From contig JAFLRV010000001.1 in assembly GCA_022511245.1 (NCBI GenBank), positions 5,788-69,787 on the forward strand: a stretch of 64,000 bases of DNA. The letters run 5' to 3'. Position numbers and translations under genes: made by a program. The stretch is from Coprobacter sp. (GTDB lineage Bacteria; Bacteroidota; Bacteroidia; Bacteroidales; Coprobacteraceae). The first letter of the stretch is position 1; the number at the start of each line of letters is the position of its first letter. This document shows, piece by piece, positions 1 through 9,952 of the stretch. The notes under the pieces were generated by a model that saw only the letters and a program-made list of their open reading frames with translations, ran no database searches and was not told the origin of the DNA.

Positions 1-635
1 CCTTTTTGTTTCAAGTTCTCAATCAGGAACTTGTCGCCTTCGGTAATATCCACGATAGCGTATTTGCTGATGCTGCAAATATGCATCTCATCGAGCGCAT
101 CGATCAGGTTTTTATAGGAAGCATAATCTGTCGCCTTAATCATGACTACCGGCACATCTTTTCCATCTTTGATTTTCGAGGCCCGTTCGTCATATTCTTC
201 GTCCGACATCGGCGTTCCGTTTCTTTCCTTTTCAAGCTTCTCTGCCTTCAGTTCTTTCATCTCTTTGACTACTCTGGCGTTCTGCCCCATCAGTACGGCA
301 CGCAAACCGTTGGCTTCATACGAGGTTTCTTTCAGAGAGGTATAATCATTATAGTCGGGCAATCCCGTATAATAATATATATTGTCTGCTCCATCCAGCA
401 ACAGCGTAATAGCCCGCGATTCCTTCACCTTAGTCTGGTCTTCCTCTGTAATCTTCTTATCGTTAGACGGCATACTAATTTCCATAGTCTGCGGCTTACT
501 CATCGAAGTACAGAGCATAAAGAAGGTAATCAAAAGCATGTTCATATCGACCATCGGAGTAAAGTCTACCCGGATATTCATTTTTTTCTGCTTACCCTTC
601 TTTCCTCCTGAGTCTTTTTGTTGTACTTCTGCCAT
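1..635 (-). CDS. exbD: ExbD/TolR family biopolymer transport protein (C-terminal end runs off the left window edge)
   Basis: Absent from the ORF track because it has no stop in the window. Hand translation of the minus strand from the ATG at 635 gives MAEVQQKDSGGKKGKQKKMNIRVDFTPMVDMNMLLITFFMLCTSMSKPQTMEISMP..., open down to base 1. It has a single TM helix plus an ExbD-type domain and lies in tandem with exbD/exbB. Confidence 0.75.
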   Translation of the reverse strand, partial: MAEVQQKDSGGKKGKQKKMNIRVDFTPMVDMNMLLITFFMLCTSMSKPQTMEISMPSNDKKITEEDQTKVKESRAITLLLDGADNIYYYTGLPDYNDYTSLKETSYEANGLRAVLMGQNARVVKEMKELKAEKLEKERNGTPMSDEEYDERASKIKDGKDVPVVMIKATDYASYKNLIDALDEMHICSISKYAIVDITEGDKFLIENLKQK

Positions 636-646
636 AATGCTTCAAT

Positions 647-1267
647 TTAATTTTCTTCATTCGGAATACTCTTCAGCGTCGTAATCAGATTGTACCGGTT
701 TTCCCGGATATCCTGCAGAGAGGACATGATTTCCTTAATCTTGGAATAAGGAGTTGTCTGATCCGCTTTAATTGCAATTCTCAAATCCGGGTTATAGGCA
801 CGGGCAGCTCTTACCCACGCCTTAAACTCATTGCTGGGATTCGCCGTCGTATCGATGGGAATTCCATAGTTCTTCAGTGTCTGATCCTGTTCATCAGATT
901 TCAAATCCAAAAAACTTCCCATCTGACGAATGGGCACACCGAATGAATTGGCAAGTCTGAATGTATTGATTTGCTTAGGGGTAAACTCCACGCCGTACTC
1001 ATTGCCTAATTCCTCCAATACAGCAACCCGATCGTTCTGGTTATCCAAACTCATAAAAATCTTCCCAGAGGGTTCGACCAATATTTGCAGGATATTCGTT
1101 TCGGGAATCTTGATCTCCGACACGGATGCGGGAGTGGATACCTGCACCGGTTCTTTCTGAACGAAGGTCGAAGTCAACATAAAGAAGGTAAGCAAAAGTA
1201 CAGTCACGTCACTCATCGCGGTCATGTCGATGAGTGTACTTTTCCTCTTTACTTTTACTTTTGGCAT
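647..1267 (-). CDS. exbD: ExbD/TolR family biopolymer transport protein
   Basis: 206-aa ORF with an ATG start. The N-terminus KRKSTLIDMTAMSDVTVLLLTFFMLTSTF is the typical ExbD TM segment. It sits between another exbD and exbB. Confidence 0.85.
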   Translation of the reverse strand: MPKVKVKRKSTLIDMTAMSDVTVLLLTFFMLTSTFVQKEPVQVSTPASVSEIKIPETNILQILVEPSGKIFMSLDNQNDRVAVLEELGNEYGVEFTPKQINTFRLANSFGVPIRQMGSFLDLKSDEQDQTLKNYGIPIDTTANPSNEFKAWVRAARAYNPDLRIAIKADQTTPYSKIKEIMSSLQDIRENRYNLITTLKSIPNEEN

Positions 1268-1294
1268 AACTAATCGTTCCTTTCTTTAAATTAA

Positions 1295-2110
1295 TTATTT
1301 ATGCGTAGCAGCGTAAGTCTGAACAATCGTGAAACCAACTTCGTCGATGCAATAGGTGATTTTGTCGATTTTGCTGGTAAAGAAGTTGTACGAAATTACA
1401 GCAAATGCACCGGTTGCGATACCGAAGGCGGTATTTACAAGTGCTTCCGAAATACCGGTAGACAGAGCAACCGAGTCAGGAGCACCGGTGGTAGCCAACG
1501 CCTGGAACGATTTGATCATACCCAACACCGTACCGAGCAGACCAACCAGCGTACCCAGCGTAGTCATCGTAGCGACAACGGCGAGGTTTTGTTCGAGGGT
1601 CGGCAATTCGAGAGCCGTAGCTTCTTCCACCTCTTTCTGGATATAAGACAATTTCTGTTCTTTGGCCAATTCGGTGTTGCCTTCCATTTCAACATATTTG
1701 TTCAATACCGAAGTAACAACGTTAGCTACAGAACCGCCTTGTTTTTCGCAAAGGTCCTGAGCTTTTTTGATATCGCTTTCAGCCAGAGCGGCTTTGATAT
1801 TCTGAACGAATTTGGTCAGGTTGCCTTTACCGTATGCGCTACCGATAGCGAAAGCACGTTCGATACTCAATACGAACACGGTAAGCAACAGGGTTTGCAG
1901 TACAGGCACGATAACACCACCTTTATAGATAGTACCCAGCAAGTTCAACGGATGTCCGGTATTGGGGTCTCCGCCGTCAAAGTTCTTGTCGGCTCCCAAC
2001 ACAAAGAAAAAGATACAAAGGGCAACAACAAAACACCCCAAAATTACGAGAAATGCAGACTGAATTCCACGAAATCCCTTCTTAGCTTTTTTTGCTTGTT
2101 TAGTTTCCAT
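1295..2110 (-). CDS. exbB: MotA/TolQ/ExbB proton-channel family protein
   Basis: 271 aa with three TM segments. The C-terminal signature is TLGTLVGLLGTVLGMIKSF...ISEALVNTAFGIATGAFAVISYNFF. It is the first gene of an exbB-exbD-exbD string. Confidence 0.85.
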   Translation of the reverse strand: METKQAKKAKKGFRGIQSAFLVILGCFVVALCIFFFVLGADKNFDGGDPNTGHPLNLLGTIYKGGVIVPVLQTLLLTVFVLSIERAFAIGSAYGKGNLTKFVQNIKAALAESDIKKAQDLCEKQGGSVANVVTSVLNKYVEMEGNTELAKEQKLSYIQKEVEEATALELPTLEQNLAVVATMTTLGTLVGLLGTVLGMIKSFQALATTGAPDSVALSTGISEALVNTAFGIATGAFAVISYNFFTSKIDKITYCIDEVGFTIVQTYAATHK

Positions 2111-2486
2111 AATAAAAAAATCTTAAATGGTTGACTGTTAAATATTAGTTAATAAAATTGTTTAATTGTCTTTCATTCACATTCGGGATTGGTTTTTCAC
2201 GGCGTCCTCTGTTCCATCGGCTTCCACGATATTTTCTGACGACAAAAACATATTCCATTTCAAAGGCCGGATTCCGGTTTTTGTCTAACCAGATGCCAGC
2301 ATACTCCTTTTTACAGAAACATTACGGCAACCAATCAAGCGTCAAATGTAGCGAATATTTTCAGATAAAAAAAAATAATAGACTTTTTTTTACGCTTTTG
2401 AATCTCCTGCATCGCTCTTTTTGGAAATCATGCAGGAAAAACCGTTTTTTTTACCGTTTCTTCCGATTGTTTGCTATATTTGCCGC

Positions 2487-2885
2487 ATGAAAAGAAACAA
2501 ACGGGTTTTATTTTTCCTGCTGTTCCCGGCATTCGTCATGCTGGCCATAACGGTTTTGCCCCATCACCATCATGACAACGGTTTTTTCTGCATGCACACG
2601 GAAAGCGATGCAAATCCGGCGGATGATGACGATCACCACACCGTTCCCTGTCTCGACGGCTGCATCGCCAGACTGCATCAGGCCGAAAACACGCCGGAGT
2701 ATGCCTTTTCATGGATTCATTTTCTGCTGATATCTCCGTTAACGGGCCGTACGGTCGAAACCATAGCTGTTCCCGCTGCCGAAAGTCGGAACGTGCACGG
2801 CAACCGGAAGCATGCCGAACGGCTGCACGGCACGGATTTCTCTTCCTGTTCGGGGCTTCGGGCCCCTCCTTCTCTCATCGGATAA
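2487..2885 (+). CDS. small membrane-anchored His/Asp/Cys-rich protein of unknown function, a putative metal-binding accessory of the RND operon
   Basis: First ATG (MKRNKRVLFFLLFPAFVMLAITVLPHHHHDNGFFCMH...DDDDHHTVPCLDGC) of track ORF 2421..2885. It has one hydrophobic helix followed by His/Asp/Cys clusters. It lies 90 bp upstream of the adaptor gene on the same strand. Confidence 0.45.
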   Translation: MKRNKRVLFFLLFPAFVMLAITVLPHHHHDNGFFCMHTESDANPADDDDHHTVPCLDGCIARLHQAENTPEYAFSWIHFLLISPLTGRTVETIAVPAAESRNVHGNRKHAERLHGTDFSSCSGLRAPPSLIG

Positions 2886-2975
2886 ATATCGTTGACCAAC
2901 GATTTACGGCTATCCTATGCCCTTCGGAAGCATAGTCCGTTTCTGTATCTGTTTATTCCAAATTATATTTATACG

Positions 2976-4154
2976 ATGAGAAAAACATTATTTTTACCGT
3001 TTATACTGACCCTTTATTTTTTCACCAGCTGTCACCACCGGGAGTCTCACGACGAGCATCACGGACACCATCACCACCAGACGGAACACGACGGTCACGA
3101 CTCGGAAGAGACGGCTGAAGTTCCTTCCGATGAAATCATTCTGCCGAAGGAAAAAGCCGAACAGCTCGGCATCGAAACCCGGAGCATCGCTCCGGAACCG
3201 TTCAGCCACATCATCAAAACCAGCGGACAAATCTCCGGAGCGCAAGGGGATGAATATATCGTAACGGCAACAGCGCCCGGCATCGTTTCGTTCGGGAGCG
3301 TCTCTTTGGCCGAAGGAAGTCCGGTAAAAAACGGAGCTGTACTGGCCTCGCTGTCGGCACAGCAGATTATCGAAGGCGACCCGACCGAAAAACTGCGCAT
3401 CGCATACGAAACGGCCCGGAAAGAGTTCGAACGGGCACAGATTCTGGTCGAGGATAAAATCATCTCGGAAAAAGAGTTTGATTCAGCCCGGCAAAATTTC
3501 GAAACGGCCCGTATCGCCTATCAGGCGACCGGCGACCGGCAAAACGGAAAAGGAACGGCCGTAACCGCTCCGGCCTCCGGATATATCAAGCAGCGTTACG
3601 TCAATGAGGGCGAATATGTGAACGCCGGACAGCCGCTGTTCAGCATATCCCGCAATCAAAAACTGGTGTTGCGGGCCGAAGTGCCGGAACGCAGCTACAA
3701 ATACCTTCCGACCATTCTCACGGCTCATTTCAAGACCCCTTACGACGAACAGGTTCACGAACTTTCCCAGCTGAACGGACGGCTCGTGTCCTACGGGAAA
3801 TCATCGGGCGAAAACGCCTTTTATGTTCCGGTCATTTTCGAATTCGACAACAAAGGCGATATCGTACCCGGCTCATTCGTAGAGGTGTTTCTGCTTTCGT
3901 CTCCGGCCGAAGCGGCCCTGACCGTCCCGGTCGAATCGCTGACCGAAGAACAGGGGGCCTATTTCGTATATGTAAAAGTGGATGAGGACGGATACCGGAA
4001 ACAGGAGGTGCAAACCGGGCCCGATGACGGAAAGCGCATCCAGATTCTGTCGGGGCTGGAGCCCGGAGACCAGGTGGTCACACGGGGAGCTTATCAGGTA
4101 AAACTGGCTGCTACCCGCAACATCATACCCGAAGGTCATTCTCACAGTCATTAA
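2976..4154 (+). CDS. efflux RND transporter periplasmic adaptor subunit (CzcB/CusB-like lipoprotein)
   Basis: Start moved to MRKTLFLPFILTLYFFTSC (lipobox). A His-rich tract HDEHHGHHHHQTEHDGH follows the Cys, and the C-terminus is EGHSHSH. It has a HlyD-type barrel-sandwich/coiled-coil layout and lies directly upstream of the RND pump. Confidence 0.85.
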   Translation: MRKTLFLPFILTLYFFTSCHHRESHDEHHGHHHHQTEHDGHDSEETAEVPSDEIILPKEKAEQLGIETRSIAPEPFSHIIKTSGQISGAQGDEYIVTATAPGIVSFGSVSLAEGSPVKNGAVLASLSAQQIIEGDPTEKLRIAYETARKEFERAQILVEDKIISEKEFDSARQNFETARIAYQATGDRQNGKGTAVTAPASGYIKQRYVNEGEYVNAGQPLFSISRNQKLVLRAEVPERSYKYLPTILTAHFKTPYDEQVHELSQLNGRLVSYGKSSGENAFYVPVIFEFDNKGDIVPGSFVEVFLLSSPAEAALTVPVESLTEEQGAYFVYVKVDEDGYRKQEVQTGPDDGKRIQILSGLEPGDQVVTRGAYQVKLAATRNIIPEGHSHSH

Positions 4155-4170
4155 CCTCAACGAAAAAATC

Positions 4171-7100
4171 ATGCTGAATAAAATCATCCGATATTCTCTG
4201 AATAACCGACTGTCGGTAATTCTGGCCGCCATCGTCCTCTTGCTGGCCGGCACATTCACAGCCCTGCGCATGGAGGTCGACATTTTCCCCGACCTGAACG
4301 CCCCTACGGTAACGGTTATGACCGAAGCCAACGGCATGGCCCCCGAAGAGGTAGAGCGGCTGGTCACTTTCCCGATAGAGACCTCCTTGAACGGAGCGAC
4401 CGGCGTAAGGCGTGTACGCTCGGCATCGTCCACCGGTCTCTCGGTAATATGGGTCGAGTTCGACTGGGGAACCGATATTTACCGGGCCCGACAAATCACG
4501 TCGGAAAAACTCGCCGCCCTGAGCGAAAATTTACCGCCGGCCGCCGGTGTCCCGACAATGGGACCGCAATCGTCCATACTGGGTGAAATCATGATACTGG
4601 GAATAACCGCCGACTCTACTTCGTTGCAGGAACTCCGCACACTGGCCGACTGGACCATCCGTCCCCGCCTGCTCTCTATCGGAGGAGTCGCCCAAGTATC
4701 GGTCATCGGCGGAGAAATCAAAGAATACCAGATTGTCCTCGACCCGGCCCGGATGAAACATTACGGGGTCACGCTGAACGAGGTCATAAACGCCACCCGG
4801 AACATGAACCAAAACACGAACGGGGGCATTCTGTATGAATTCGGGAACGAATATATCATTCGAGGCATGTTGTCGACCAACCGGACAGAGGAACTGGCCG
4901 CCGCCACTGTCAAGACCGCCGGCGGGATACCGGTACGAATCGGTGACATCGCAACGATACAGACGGGCAACAAATCGCCCCGTCTGGGCACTGCTTCGGA
5001 AAAAGGAGAACCGGCGGTACTGATTACCGTAACCAAACAACCGAACACCGGCACCAAAGAACTTACCCGTGCACTGGATGCGGCGGTGGCCGAACTGCAA
5101 CAGTCGGTCGCTCCCGACATACGCATCTCGACCGACATTTTCCGGCAGGCCCGGTTCATCGACAGCTCTATCGACAACATCCGGAAATCGCTGGCCGAAG
5201 GGGCCTTTTTTGTGGTCATCGTCCTGTTTTTGTTCCTGATGAACTTCCGCACGACGCTGATATCTTTAGTCACACTGCCCCTGTCGCTGCTGGTCTCGAT
5301 ACTTACGCTGCATCTTCTGGGGATGACGATAAACACCATGAGTCTGGGCGGTATGGCCATTGCCATAGGGTCGCTGGTCGACGATGCCATCGTCGATGTG
5401 GAAAATGTGTATAAAAAACTGCGGGAGAACCGGCGGCTCCCGGCTGAAGAACGTCTGCGGCCTATCGACGTCATATTCGAGGCATCGAAAGAGGTACGCA
5501 TGCCCATCTTGAATTCGACGCTGATTATCATTGTCAGTTTCGTGCCGCTCTTTTTCCTCTCCGGTATCGAAGGTCGCATGCTGCGGCCGCTGGGTATCGC
5601 CTTCATCACTTCCCTGATGGCTTCCACCGCCGTCGCACTCACCTTAACGCCGGTGCTGTGCAGCTATCTGCTGGGAACCGACAAAGAAAACGACCGTCTC
5701 GACCGGGAACCTTACCTCGCCCGAATCCTGAAAAAAACATACCGGAAAATGCTGCTGCGGACGCTGGAATACAAAAAAACGGTTCTGTGGAGCACGGCGG
5801 GATTGCTCGTTGTCGCACTGGCTCTCTTTTTCACACTCGGCCGAAATTTTCTGCCGCCCTTCAACGAAGGTTCGTTTACCATCAATATAAGTACGCTTCC
5901 GGGAATATCGCTGGAGGAGTCGGACCAAATCGGGCAACGGGCCGAAGAACTGCTGCTCTCCGTTCCCGAAATAATCACCGTAGCCCGGAAAACCGGGCGG
6001 GCCGAACTGGACGAACACGCACTGGGCGTGAACGTATCGGAAATCGAGGCTCCGTATGAAATAAAGAACCGTACGCACGATGAACTGCTGGCCGATATCC
6101 GGGACAAACTGAATACGCTTTCGGGGGTGAACATAGAAATCGGTCAGCCGGTCTCGCACCGTATCGATGCCATGCTGTCGGGGTCGCAGGCCAAAATTGC
6201 CATCAAACTGTTCGGAGACGACCTGAACCGGATGTTCGTCACCGGCAACCGCATCAAATCGGCGATAGAAAAAATAGAAGGGGTTGTCGACCTGAATGTG
6301 GAACAACAGACCGAACGCCCCCAGCTGAAAATAAAGCCCAACCGGGAAATGCTGGCCAAACACGGTATCACGCTGTCCGAATTTGCCGAATGGGTCAACG
6401 TCATGCTGGCCGGTGAGGTCGTATCGCAAGTGTATGAAGGTGACAAGGCATTCGACCTGACCTTGAAAGCCGACTCCCGGTTCACCGGCGGGATAGCATC
6501 CATCCAAGAGCTGATGATTGATGCCGACGGGGCAAAAATACCGCTGTCAGCCGTCGCGCATATCGAGTCATCGGCCGGACCGAACACCATAAACCGGGAA
6601 AACGTAAAACGAAAAATCGTTGTCTCGGCCAATGTCGCCGGACGGGACCTGCGAAGCGTGGTCAATGAGATTCAGGCAACGATAGAACGTGACGTTCCGC
6701 TGCCCGAAGGATTCCACATCGAATACGGGGGACAGTTCGAAAACGAACAGGCGGCCTCCCGTACGCTGGGCATCACCTCTCTGCTGTCGATTCTCGTGAT
6801 TTTTCTCTTGCTCTACAACGAGTTCCGGGACATCCGGGAAGCCGGTACCATTCTGCTCAATCTCCCGCTGGCGCTAATCGGAGGGGTGCTTATCCTGCGG
6901 TGCACGACGGGCGAAGTCAACATTCCGGCCATTATCGGATTCATTTCGCTGTTCGGCATCGCCACCCGCAACGGAATGCTGCTGGTATCGCACTACAAGC
7001 AACTCGGAAACGAATGTCCCTCCCTGACCGACACCATCGTCAACGGGTCGCTGGACCGGCTCAATCCGATACTGATGACGGCGCTGACCTCTGCGCTGGC

Positions 7101-7269
7101 ACTGATTCCGCTGGCACTGGGCGGAGATTTGCCGGGCAACGAGATTCAAAGTCCTATGGCTAAAGTCATTCTGGGCGGATTGGTCACTTCGACACTCCTG
7201 AATGCGTTTGTCATTCCCATTGTATATTTCTATCTTTACAGTCGGCCATCGGAAGCAGCACAAAAATAA
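4171..7269 (+). CDS. CusA/CzcA family heavy-metal efflux RND transporter
   Basis: 1032 aa with 12-TM RND architecture. The motif AIGSLVDDAIVDVENV is typical of heavy-metal (HME) RND pumps. It is flanked by adaptor and outer-membrane-factor genes. Confidence 0.9.
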   Translation: MLNKIIRYSLNNRLSVILAAIVLLLAGTFTALRMEVDIFPDLNAPTVTVMTEANGMAPEEVERLVTFPIETSLNGATGVRRVRSASSTGLSVIWVEFDWGTDIYRARQITSEKLAALSENLPPAAGVPTMGPQSSILGEIMILGITADSTSLQELRTLADWTIRPRLLSIGGVAQVSVIGGEIKEYQIVLDPARMKHYGVTLNEVINATRNMNQNTNGGILYEFGNEYIIRGMLSTNRTEELAAATVKTAGGIPVRIGDIATIQTGNKSPRLGTASEKGEPAVLITVTKQPNTGTKELTRALDAAVAELQQSVAPDIRISTDIFRQARFIDSSIDNIRKSLAEGAFFVVIVLFLFLMNFRTTLISLVTLPLSLLVSILTLHLLGMTINTMSLGGMAIAIGSLVDDAIVDVENVYKKLRENRRLPAEERLRPIDVIFEASKEVRMPILNSTLIIIVSFVPLFFLSGIEGRMLRPLGIAFITSLMASTAVALTLTPVLCSYLLGTDKENDRLDREPYLARILKKTYRKMLLRTLEYKKTVLWSTAGLLVVALALFFTLGRNFLPPFNEGSFTINISTLPGISLEESDQIGQRAEELLLSVPEIITVARKTGRAELDEHALGVNVSEIEAPYEIKNRTHDELLADIRDKLNTLSGVNIEIGQPVSHRIDAMLSGSQAKIAIKLFGDDLNRMFVTGNRIKSAIEKIEGVVDLNVEQQTERPQLKIKPNREMLAKHGITLSEFAEWVNVMLAGEVVSQVYEGDKAFDLTLKADSRFTGGIASIQELMIDADGAKIPLSAVAHIESSAGPNTINRENVKRKIVVSANVAGRDLRSVVNEIQATIERDVPLPEGFHIEYGGQFENEQAASRTLGITSLLSILVIFLLLYNEFRDIREAGTILLNLPLALIGGVLILRCTTGEVNIPAIIGFISLFGIATRNGMLLVSHYKQLGNECPSLTDTIVNGSLDRLNPILMTALTSALALIPLALGGDLPGNEIQSPMAKVILGGLVTSTLLNAFVIPIVYFYLYSRPSEAAQK

Positions 7270-7415
7270 CGGTTGGTCGTTTATATTGTTGCCTGTTTTG
7301 AAAAAATGCAGTGACAAACCATTGTTCAACGGGACGAAATATCCCTATTATTAGGTATTGTGAGACATTATTTTTTTAACGTACCTTTGTACCTGGTTTA
7401 ATTTTACACAAAACA

Positions 7416-8591
7416 ATGAAATACATTATCCTGACGATTTTTTTGTCATGCGTCGCTTTTACCGGAATCGCCCAAAACTCCATCGAAGAGGTTTTAACCC
7501 ATATCGCCGCCAACAACAAGGAGATAAAAGCCAACGAACAGCTGGTGCGTTCCCGGAAACTGGAAGCCACTGTCGGCAATACCCTCTCCGACCCGACCGT
7601 CAATTACGAACATTTATGGGGGCGTCCCGCGTCACTGGGAACCAACCGGGAACTGGTCGTTTCGCAAGAGTTCGATTTTCCGACCGTATATGCCAACCGG
7701 CACAAACTGGCCCAATCCAAATCGGCCCTCTACGACCGGCAGGAACAGGAAGATAGACAAAACATTTTACTCGAAGCCAAACTGGTCTGCATCGACATCA
7801 TCGGGCTGAACAAGCTCCTCGAATACCAAGAGACCCGGTTGCAGCATACCCGGCGGCTCTCTGAAATATACAAGCAACGGGTGAACAGCGGCGATGCGAA
7901 TATCCTGGAGTCGAACAAAATAGACATGGCGATGCTGGGCATCGTCTCCGAAGTACGGAAAACCCGGTCGCAGCTCGACATCCGGAAGAAAGAGCTGCAA
8001 CGGCTCAACGGCGGCCTCCCCATTACGCTCAACCAGAAAGAGTACACTCCCGTCGTGCTGCCGGCCGATTTCGTCCAATGGAAAACAGAAGCGCTGGCCG
8101 CAGACGCTTCTCTGGCTACCCTGCAAAAGGAATCGGACATCACCCGGAAAGAGATTAAACTGAACCGGTCGGAATGGTTTCCCAAATTCGAACTGGGTTA
8201 CAAAAGAGAGGCCGGCGGAGAACTTTTCAACGGCATTGTCGTGGGCGTATCGATACCGCTGTACGAGAACCGGAACAAAATCAAACTGGCCAAAGCCCAG
8301 TCGCTTTACACCGAAATGCAGCTGGACAACGCCCGGCTGAGCAATGAAACGGCATTGCAAACACTATATGAAGAGGCCGTCAGCACGGAAAAATCGAAAC
8401 AGGAATACGAAACTTTCCTCCGCTCGCAAAACACCATCGAACTGCTGGAAAAGGCTCTGGAAAACGGACACATCTCCATTTCGGAATTTTTTGCGGATGC
8501 CGACCTGGTCTACCGCACTATGGAAGATTATATCCAGCTCGAAAACGAATATCAGAAATTGGCGGCCCAGCTGTACAAATACCGGCTATAA
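7416..8591 (+). CDS. TolC family outer membrane efflux protein (CzcC-like)
   Basis: 391 aa with a signal peptide MKYIILTIFLSCVAFTGIAQ and repeated coiled-coil/beta halves typical of outer membrane factors. It is the last gene of the RND operon. Confidence 0.85.
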   Translation: MKYIILTIFLSCVAFTGIAQNSIEEVLTHIAANNKEIKANEQLVRSRKLEATVGNTLSDPTVNYEHLWGRPASLGTNRELVVSQEFDFPTVYANRHKLAQSKSALYDRQEQEDRQNILLEAKLVCIDIIGLNKLLEYQETRLQHTRRLSEIYKQRVNSGDANILESNKIDMAMLGIVSEVRKTRSQLDIRKKELQRLNGGLPITLNQKEYTPVVLPADFVQWKTEALAADASLATLQKESDITRKEIKLNRSEWFPKFELGYKREAGGELFNGIVVGVSIPLYENRNKIKLAKAQSLYTEMQLDNARLSNETALQTLYEEAVSTEKSKQEYETFLRSQNTIELLEKALENGHISISEFFADADLVYRTMEDYIQLENEYQKLAAQLYKYRL

Positions 8592-8593
8592 AT

Positions 8594-8614
8594 TCACAAT
8601 CGTGTGATTTTTTT
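8594..8614 (+). terminator. weak hairpin plus T-run after the RND operon
   Basis: tcaca-atcg-tgtga followed by ttttttt, 3 nt after the stop codon. The stem is only 5 bp. Confidence 0.35.
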
Positions 8615-8645
8615 AAACTTTTTTTGATATTTACGCCCCTTTTTA

Positions 8646-8653
8646 TATCTTTG
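8646..8653 (+). promoter_or_regulatory. orphan TAnnTTTG box (TATCTTTG) with no downstream ORF
   Basis: Exact match to the Bacteroides -7 consensus inside a 320-bp convergent intergenic region. Confidence 0.2.
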
Positions 8654-8912
8654 CTTCGTTCTTTGTCATCACCCTTTGTCAAGTGGTGCAGATATTAAGA
8701 CAACGGAAAGAGTAAGTGCTGGCATCCGGATTCATCTTTCATTTTATTTTGTCGGATTGGGTTTCTAAATAACAGCCTCAAAAAACACTGAAACCGAAAA
8801 AGAAAAAATAAGAGGAGATGGTCGGGGGAAAGCATCGAAAATTCCCTTGTCAAGAAACAAAGCGACTCAGGCAAAACTGCCGGGCCGCTTTTTTTCAGTA
8901 AAAACAGACGGT

Positions 8913-9782
8913 TCAGATGCGGTCGAGAACTGTCTCTATCAGCTGTCCTATCGAATTTTTGTAGTTGCTGTCGGCATCGTGCGCCACCCGGTTGGCAATA
9001 ATCATGCAGACGGTCATGGCCCGGTGCCCCATCATCCGGGACAATCCGGCCAACGCCGAACTTTCCATTTCATAATTGGTCACCGGTTTCCCGTCATACC
9101 GGAACGATTCTATTTTCTCATTCAGCAGCCTGTCGGCCAGCGGCAGTCGCAACTCCCTGCCTTGCGGACCATAAAAGCCATTGGCCGAAATGGTAATTCC
9201 CTCTATCATCTCGCCCCGCCCTATCTGTTCGACCAGTCCGGCGTCGGCCTCGACCACATACGGTTTGGCCCACAACGGATTCCAGTCGGTATGCCGACAA
9301 AAAGCAGCTTCAAAATCAAGGTCGCAAATCTCATTCCGTCCGGCATAAAAATTCAGTACGCCGTCGAACCCTATCGACCGGCGGGAAATCACGAACGTCC
9401 CCACCGGTACCTGAGGCTGCAGACCGCCCGACGTCCCGATGCGCACCATCGTCAACTGCCGGAATTCCGGTTTCTCCTGCCGGGTGGCAAAATCGATATT
9501 GGCCAGCGCATCCAGTTCGTTCACCACAATATCGATATTGTCGGTTCCTATTCCGTGCGACAGAGCCGTTATCCGTTTGCCCTTATAACTTCCGGTAACG
9601 GTATGAAACTCCCGGCTCGACAGGTCGAACTCCCGGTTATCGAAAAACGAAGCGACCAAATCGACCCGGCCGGGATCTCCGACCATTACGATGCGGTCGG
9701 CCAACTGTTCAGGCCGTATATGAAGATGAAACGCACTTCCGTCTTCATTGATAATCAGTTCCGATGCGGGAAAATATTTCAT
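8913..9782 (-). CDS. nucleoside phosphorylase (PNP/UDP family, uridine-phosphorylase-like)
   Basis: Start moved to the ATG of MKYFPASELIINEDGSAFHLHIRPEQLADRIVMVGDPGRV. Motifs GIGTDNIDIVVNEL and RIGTSGGLQ fit the PNP_UDP fold. Confidence 0.8.
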   Translation of the reverse strand: MKYFPASELIINEDGSAFHLHIRPEQLADRIVMVGDPGRVDLVASFFDNREFDLSSREFHTVTGSYKGKRITALSHGIGTDNIDIVVNELDALANIDFATRQEKPEFRQLTMVRIGTSGGLQPQVPVGTFVISRRSIGFDGVLNFYAGRNEICDLDFEAAFCRHTDWNPLWAKPYVVEADAGLVEQIGRGEMIEGITISANGFYGPQGRELRLPLADRLLNEKIESFRYDGKPVTNYEMESSALAGLSRMMGHRAMTVCMIIANRVAHDADSNYKNSIGQLIETVLDRI

Positions 9783-9900
9783 AATCCTTTGATTTAACGA
9801 CAAACGAATATAGAAAAAAAGAATCATATATCGGTACTTTTCCGCCGAAAAAGATGCCAATAACCCGCTGTTTTTCCATACTACAAAAGAAAAAAATGGT

Positions 9901-9908
9901 TATCTTTG
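9901..9908 (+). promoter_or_regulatory. TAnnTTTG -7 promoter box upstream of hisS
   Basis: TATCTTTG, 45 nt upstream of the hisS ATG. Confidence 0.45.
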
Positions 9909-9952
9909 CCCCGTCGACAAAGACAAACAAACGACTTTTAAATTACGAAATT

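Noticed and set aside
6-611. 201-aa plus-strand ORF at the left edge
   Set aside because: The opposite strand translates, without stops, into a textbook ExbD protein (start at 635). That protein is missing from the track only because its stop lies outside the window.
1-2400. Lower G+C of the exbBD region as evidence of horizontal transfer
   Set aside because: The shift is modest and the genes are core TonB-system components with Bacteroidales-typical organisation. It is more likely due to expression-linked codon usage. I cannot quantify it reliably by eye.
8646-8897. Assignment of the intergenic region to SRP RNA, 6S RNA, RNase P RNA or tmRNA
   Set aside because: I could not find the conserved cores by eye. 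There is no GGAA-tetraloop helix 8 context, no GAGGAAAGTCC-type P4 element and no tRNA-like 3-prime end. It is left as an unassigned candidate.
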